A stretch of 64,000 bases of DNA from a virus. Shown here piece after piece: positions 59,670 to 64,000 of this stretch. Where the stretch lies: positions 30,966 through 94,965 of IMG/VR virus record IMGVR_UViG_3300027746_000016. One strand, 5' to 3'. The first letter of the stretch is position 1; each line of letters starts with the position of its first letter. The notes under the pieces are model-generated. The model saw nothing but the letters and a program-made list of their open reading frames with translations. It had not been told where the DNA came from and did no database searches. A program made the translations under genes and the position numbers.

Positions 59670-62630
59670 GTGGCAGTTCAAGTTAAACTTACCTCAGTTA
59701 AAAAATTAAGTTCAGTTAGTACAGCGTCAATGGTTGAACTATCTAACTTTAATTTTACAGCAATTGCATCTGCCGTTAGAGAATTTTTAGTATCTATTAA
59801 TTATCAACAAGGAGTTGATGCAGTATCAGTTGATATTAATACAATTTCAGCCGATACTTTAAATATTAGAAATGGACTTTCGGTATATGGTGCTCAATTA
59901 GAAAGCGGTAATTATCCAAAAGTTATTGAATTAGACCCAAGCGGCTCAATTATTTCTAAAAATATTATATTAGAGGATGTAGTTGATGCAAAACGAGTTA
60001 GATTAAGAGTTTTTGGACTTTTACCAAGTGTAGGTATTCCTGGTGAACTCGTATATATCGGTACTCAACTTTCTAAATCTGAAGGAATTTATGTTTGGTT
60101 AAATTCAACCGGCTGGACCCTAGTTGCTGGAACAAATGGAGTTGCTAAGTGTATGCAGGAGGTTTCAATGACAGCCACTGCTAATGTTATTAGTGCAGAT
60201 AATTCGGTTGTTTCTCCTCAAGGTTTATTTCTATTTCCAGCCCCGCTTGCTGCAACTGGTTTTTTATTATTTGTTAATGGCCATCAAATTACAGTAGGAA
60301 ATTCGGACTTAACTGCCCCGGCCTATTTAAGTAAAGATTCAGGAGTCACAGCCTCTTCTTTTAATGAAGTTGATGTGACTGACCAACTATGTTGGAATCC
60401 ATCGGTTGCTGGATTTAATTTAGATACTTCTGATACAATTACACTAAGGTATTTTACAGAAGATCCATATTGTTCACAAACTGGCTATACTTGCATAACC
60501 GGAATTGCAAGTTCTTCTACTACTACCTGGAATCAATTTACTATTCAAATAATTGGAACCCCAACTGAGCCTGGCCCAATTACTATTTGTAAAATACCTA
60601 ATTTAACCGCCGGCTCTGCCACTTTACCTACCGGTTATTCATTAAGTAATACAATATTATCATATACAATATCCGATCCAACTGGAATCTATCCAACTGG
60701 AGCAATTGTTAAATTTAAAGTACCTCAATCACTAAGTGAAGCCGAGTTTAATTTAATTAAAATATTTCATGAGGTTGATTCAGTTCTAGTTGATGAAACC
60801 GTTAAGGTTGGAGATATTGCAGGAGATTTATATATTCCAAACTATGCAAGCCGATTAATTTATGCACAGGTAGATTCATTTAGTCCATTTTATTTAATTC
60901 AAGGCCAGAGTATCACAACTACGACTAGTTCAACAAGTACAACAACTACGCTTAACTTAACTACAACTACTACATGTGCGCCTAATTTAATAAATTATTT
61001 AATACCTAGTGTATTAGCACCAACTCAAATTACTTTTTATGGAACTCCAGCTGGGCCATTTAATGTCGTATTTACCGATTCATTAGGAGGAGTACACGAC
61101 TTAACCGGAATAATTGGATCAATGATTAGCTTAGGTTGGAATTTTAACTTATCTAATCCAAACTATTCAGGTATTCCATCTACTGTTGGAACATATGTAT
61201 TTACAAATTCATCAAACTGTTCGTATACAATTTCCGTACCGGTACCTGAGCTTAATACAACCACGACAACTACTCAAGCCTATGCTGGTGGAATTACATC
61301 TACCTCTACCACATCTACAACAACAGCGTCATGCGCAAACTCATTAACTGCAACCCCTAATCCATTTAATAATCCAACCACTATAACTTTTATAGGCTCG
61401 CCAATCGGCCCATATTCAGTTATGTTTACTGAATTAGACAGTGGAATTCAATACTATTTAGGTGCAGGAATTAAAACACCATGGGTATTTGATAGAAAAA
61501 ATTACTATTTGGGAGCAATTAATAGTTCATATGGAACTTATAAATTTATTTCACCTACTTGTACTATTAATATACCAGTAATTCGAGTAACAACCTCAAC
61601 CAGTACTACCAGTACATCAACGAGTACTACCAGTACCTCAACTAGTACTACCAGTACATCAACGAGTACTACCAGTACCTCAACTAGTACTACCAGTACA
61701 ACTACTGCAGCCCCAACTACTACCAGTACATCAACCAGTACTACAAGTACAACAACAGCTGCACCGACTACTACAAGCACATCAACTAGTACTACCAGTA
61801 CAACTACTGCAGCCCCAACTACTACGAGTACATCAACCAGTACTACCAGTACAACAACTGCTGCTCCAACCAGTACAACAAGTACCTCAACTAGTACTAC
61901 TAGTACGACCACGGTTGCTCCATCATTCCAAACACTAACCGGCTATTCTAATAGTAATTCAACTAAATTCTGTGCAGCTAATGCAAATGCAGCATTTACT
62001 GTCTATACTGCAACTGACTCAACCCTAGCCTCTGCGTATGCTAATGGTGCTCAGATTTTCTCAGACACTGCATTAAGTAGCCTAGCTGCTGCTGCCATTT
62101 ATGGTAATTCAGATGGAGGTGGCGGAACCATTTGGTATACTTGGGACGGTAATACATTTACCACTACTGGTACTTGTGCAGGCGGTTCAACTACTACAAG
62201 TACAACAACTGCTGCTCCAACCAGTACAAGTACAACAACTGCTGCACCGACTACTACCAGTACCTCAACGAGTACTACGAGTACAACCACAGCTGCGCCA
62301 ACGAGTACAACAAGTACCACAACTGCTGGCCCAACCAGCACTACGAGTACAACAACAGCGGCTCCGCCTGCATACCAAACACTAACCGGATATTCCAACG
62401 CTAATTATCCTAAGTTCTGTTCAGCCAATGCAAATGCCGCATTTACGGTCTATACTGCAACTGATTCAACACTAGCCTCTGCGTATGCTAATGGTGCTTC
62501 TATTTACTCAGATACTGCATTAACAACCCTAGCGACGGCTGGCGTTTATGGTAATTTAGATGGAGGAAGCGGGGTAAATTGGTATACTTGGGATGGTACT
62601 ATGTTTACCACTACCGGTTCTTGTGCATAG
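59670..62630 (+). CDS. Mucin-like modular virion protein (Thr/Ser/Ala/Pro tracts separating Cys-paired domains)
   Basis: (TSTSTTS)n and TTTAAP repeats; two near-identical ~85-aa C-terminal domains. Confidence 0.75.
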   Translation: MAVQVKLTSVKKLSSVSTASMVELSNFNFTAIASAVREFLVSINYQQGVDAVSVDINTISADTLNIRNGLSVYGAQLESGNYPKVIELDPSGSIISKNIILEDVVDAKRVRLRVFGLLPSVGIPGELVYIGTQLSKSEGIYVWLNSTGWTLVAGTNGVAKCMQEVSMTATANVISADNSVVSPQGLFLFPAPLAATGFLLFVNGHQITVGNSDLTAPAYLSKDSGVTASSFNEVDVTDQLCWNPSVAGFNLDTSDTITLRYFTEDPYCSQTGYTCITGIASSSTTTWNQFTIQIIGTPTEPGPITICKIPNLTAGSATLPTGYSLSNTILSYTISDPTGIYPTGAIVKFKVPQSLSEAEFNLIKIFHEVDSVLVDETVKVGDIAGDLYIPNYASRLIYAQVDSFSPFYLIQGQSITTTTSSTSTTTTLNLTTTTTCAPNLINYLIPSVLAPTQITFYGTPAGPFNVVFTDSLGGVHDLTGIIGSMISLGWNFNLSNPNYSGIPSTVGTYVFTNSSNCSYTISVPVPELNTTTTTTQAYAGGITSTSTTSTTTASCANSLTATPNPFNNPTTITFIGSPIGPYSVMFTELDSGIQYYLGAGIKTPWVFDRKNYYLGAINSSYGTYKFISPTCTINIPVIRVTTSTSTTSTSTSTTSTSTSTTSTSTSTTSTSTSTTSTTTAAPTTTSTSTSTTSTTTAAPTTTSTSTSTTSTTTAAPTTTSTSTSTTSTTTAAPTSTTSTSTSTTSTTTVAPSFQTLTGYSNSNSTKFCAANANAAFTVYTATDSTLASAYANGAQIFSDTALSSLAAAAIYGNSDGGGGTIWYTWDGNTFTTTGTCAGGSTTTSTTTAAPTSTSTTTAAPTTTSTSTSTTSTTTAAPTSTTSTTTAGPTSTTSTTTAAPPAYQTLTGYSNANYPKFCSANANAAFTVYTATDSTLASAYANGASIYSDTALTTLATAGVYGNLDGGSGVNWYTWDGTMFTTTGSCA
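61590..62370 (+). repeat. Low-complexity coding repeats encoding TSTSTTSTTTAAP units
   Basis: ACCAGTAC/ACTACC-rich arrays at about 61590-61920 and 62188-62370. Confidence 0.9.
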
Positions 62631-62644
62631 CACACACTTAACTA

Positions 62645-62671
62645 AATCCATAACTAATTTTTTAGTATAAT
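62645..62671 (+). promoter_or_regulatory. Pre-late-type promoter AATCC-N16-TATAAT
   Basis: TATAAT ends 5 nt before the glycosyltransferase ATG (near-leaderless). Confidence 0.45.
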
Positions 62672-62676
62672 TTAGT

Positions 62677-63633
62677 ATGTTAACAAAGAAAATCATATTT
62701 TTATCAGCTCAACCAGATGTGCCGTATTTTCATTGGCAAGTTGAGGTAATGATTCATAATTTTATTAAACACGGAATTAATCCAAATTGGATTGAAATTC
62801 TATGGGCCTATGATAATGAACCTTCCGTAGAACTATTATCATTAAGCGCAAAGTATCCATATGTTAGATTTTTTAGCTATAAAAAAACCCCTATTGATAA
62901 TTTTGGATATATTCCAATTCTAAGACCTGATATTATTGAACAGCATTTTATTAAGTATCCAGAACTTAGAGGTGAAACTATTTTATATCATGATTCAGAT
63001 ATTATTTTTAGAGAATTACCAAATTTTGATGAAATGCACGGGGATCTTTATTGGTATTTAAGTGATACAATTTCGTATATTGGTGCTGAATATATTAGAT
63101 CAAAATCAAATGATCTATTTGTTGATATGTGTAATATTGTTGGAATTTTACCAGAGGTGGTTGATCAAAATCAAAAAAATTCAGGTGGAGCCCAATATTT
63201 AATGAAAGGTGTAACCGCTAATTATTGGAAAGGTGTAAAAGATGATTCACTAGCTCTTTACAAATATATGGTAGATCGAGAAAATTTAGAAAGAACTACC
63301 TTAACTCCAGAAGAATTACAGGTGTATAATCCAGTTCAAAAATGGTGTGCTGATATGTGGGCAGTTCTTTGGGGAGCTTGGAAATTAGGTGCACAAACTG
63401 TAATTGAGCCAGGCCTTTCATTTAGTTGGGGTAGTTCTAATTTAGCTGAATATTTAAATAATAATATAATGCACAATGCTGGAATTACCTCAAATCAAGA
63501 AGGCAAGGTTTTTTATAAAGGCGAATTTATTAATAGAAATCCATTTGAATTTGATTTTTCCAATATAGATCAGGATACTGCATCTGCTAAATACGTAGAT
63601 GCAATTATTTATGCAAAAGAAATGAGGTCCTAA
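62677..63633 (+). CDS. GT-A glycosyltransferase resembling SGT1/HPAT (GT96/GT95) protein O-glycosyltransferases
   Basis: YFHWQ....IHNF, YIPILRP, HDSDIIFR (DxD), SGGAQY, WCADMWAVLWGA, MHNAG. Confidence 0.7.
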   Translation: MLTKKIIFLSAQPDVPYFHWQVEVMIHNFIKHGINPNWIEILWAYDNEPSVELLSLSAKYPYVRFFSYKKTPIDNFGYIPILRPDIIEQHFIKYPELRGETILYHDSDIIFRELPNFDEMHGDLYWYLSDTISYIGAEYIRSKSNDLFVDMCNIVGILPEVVDQNQKNSGGAQYLMKGVTANYWKGVKDDSLALYKYMVDRENLERTTLTPEELQVYNPVQKWCADMWAVLWGAWKLGAQTVIEPGLSFSWGSSNLAEYLNNNIMHNAGITSNQEGKVFYKGEFINRNPFEFDFSNIDQDTASAKYVDAIIYAKEMRS

Positions 63634-63655
63634 TTTATTATCTAGGTTTTTGCTG

Positions 63656-63662
63656 ATAAATA
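63656..63662 (+). promoter_or_regulatory. Late promoter core ATAAATA
   Basis: 27 nt upstream of the ATG at 63690. Confidence 0.55.
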
Positions 63663-63689
63663 ATATCAGAAGAAAAAACCTTTACCTAG

Positions 63690-64000
63690 ATGTCGAATAA
63701 GATTAAAATTAAACAAATTGACCTTGCCGGGGTTTCTCAAGATAATACTAAAACTAGATTTCTAGCAATAAATGATACTGGAACAGTAGTATATTGGAAT
63801 GATTCTCCACAGGCTGGAACAAGCGGAACCGGTGGATCAGGCTCTAGTGGAACTTCAGGTACATCAGGTATAAGTGGAACTTCAGGTACATCAGGCATAA
63901 GTGGTTCTTCTGGAACTTCCGGCATAAGCGGTTCAAGTGGTTCTTCTGGAACTTCCGGCATAAGCGGTTCAAGTGGTTCTTCTGGAACTTCCGGCATAAG
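63690..64000 (+). CDS. 5' part of a (Gly-x-Ser)n repeat protein, MSNKIKIKQIDL...GTSGISGSSGTSG; runs off the window
   Basis: ATG at 63690, open to the window end; 9-nt-period repeats from about 63815. Confidence 0.75.
   Translation, partial: MSNKIKIKQIDLAGVSQDNTKTRFLAINDTGTVVYWNDSPQAGTSGTGGSGSSGTSGTSGISGTSGTSGISGSSGTSGISGSSGSSGTSGISGSSGSSGTSGI

Noticed and set aside
61538-62404. Antisense and alternate-frame ORFs (poly-Val/Leu, Gln-rich, Tyr/Asn-rich) over the mucin-like repeats
   Set aside because: Shadows of the low-complexity Thr/Ser codon repeats in the real plus-strand gene
63737-63997. Minus-strand PEVPEEPL repeat ORF
   Set aside because: Reverse complement of the GTSGISG repeat gene starting at 63690, which has a late promoter and ATG
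61590-64000. Possible CRISPR array or DGR template/variable repeats
   Set aside because: Repeats are in-frame codon repeats without unique spacers; the duplicated 85-aa domains differ at all base types rather than only adenines, and no reverse transcriptase or cas gene is present

Overview
AT-rich, gene-dense segment of a large T4-like (myovirus-type, probably jumbo) dsDNA phage using the standard genetic code. The minus strand mostly carries replication, recombination, nucleotide and chaperone genes: dCMP deaminase, a thymidylate-synthase-fold enzyme with dCMP-type residues, gp46/gp47, gp41 helicase, UvsX, the N-terminal half of a split PolB, dUTPase, RNase H/FEN, gp32 SSB, class II RNR, an S1-like protein, GroEL/GroES and a DnaQ-like exonuclease. 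The plus strand mostly carries late/virion genes: tail tube, tail sheath, RuvC-like resolvase, gp55-like sigma, large baseplate/fibre proteins and a gp14-like neck protein. Two promoter classes can be read by eye: ATAAATA (late) and AAAC(C/T)-N16/17-TATAAT (pre-late). The best candidate for an undescribed system is at 58.3-64 kb. There a glycosyltransferase resembling plant peptidyl-serine/hydroxyproline O-glycosyltransferases (GT96/GT95) lies between a mucin-like Thr/Ser-rich virion protein and a (G-x-S)n protein, next to an amidoligase. A recurrent GPS(S/N/A)xP motif and Thr tracts are also inserted in several other virion proteins. Together these suggest phage-encoded O-glycosylation of the virion. 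Other notable items are a pseudo-SET gene between gp47 and gp46, T4-like capsid-targeting peptides, and an exact 31-nt copy of the SSB tail at the start of the next gene. All family assignments come from motif recognition by eye; no searches were run.
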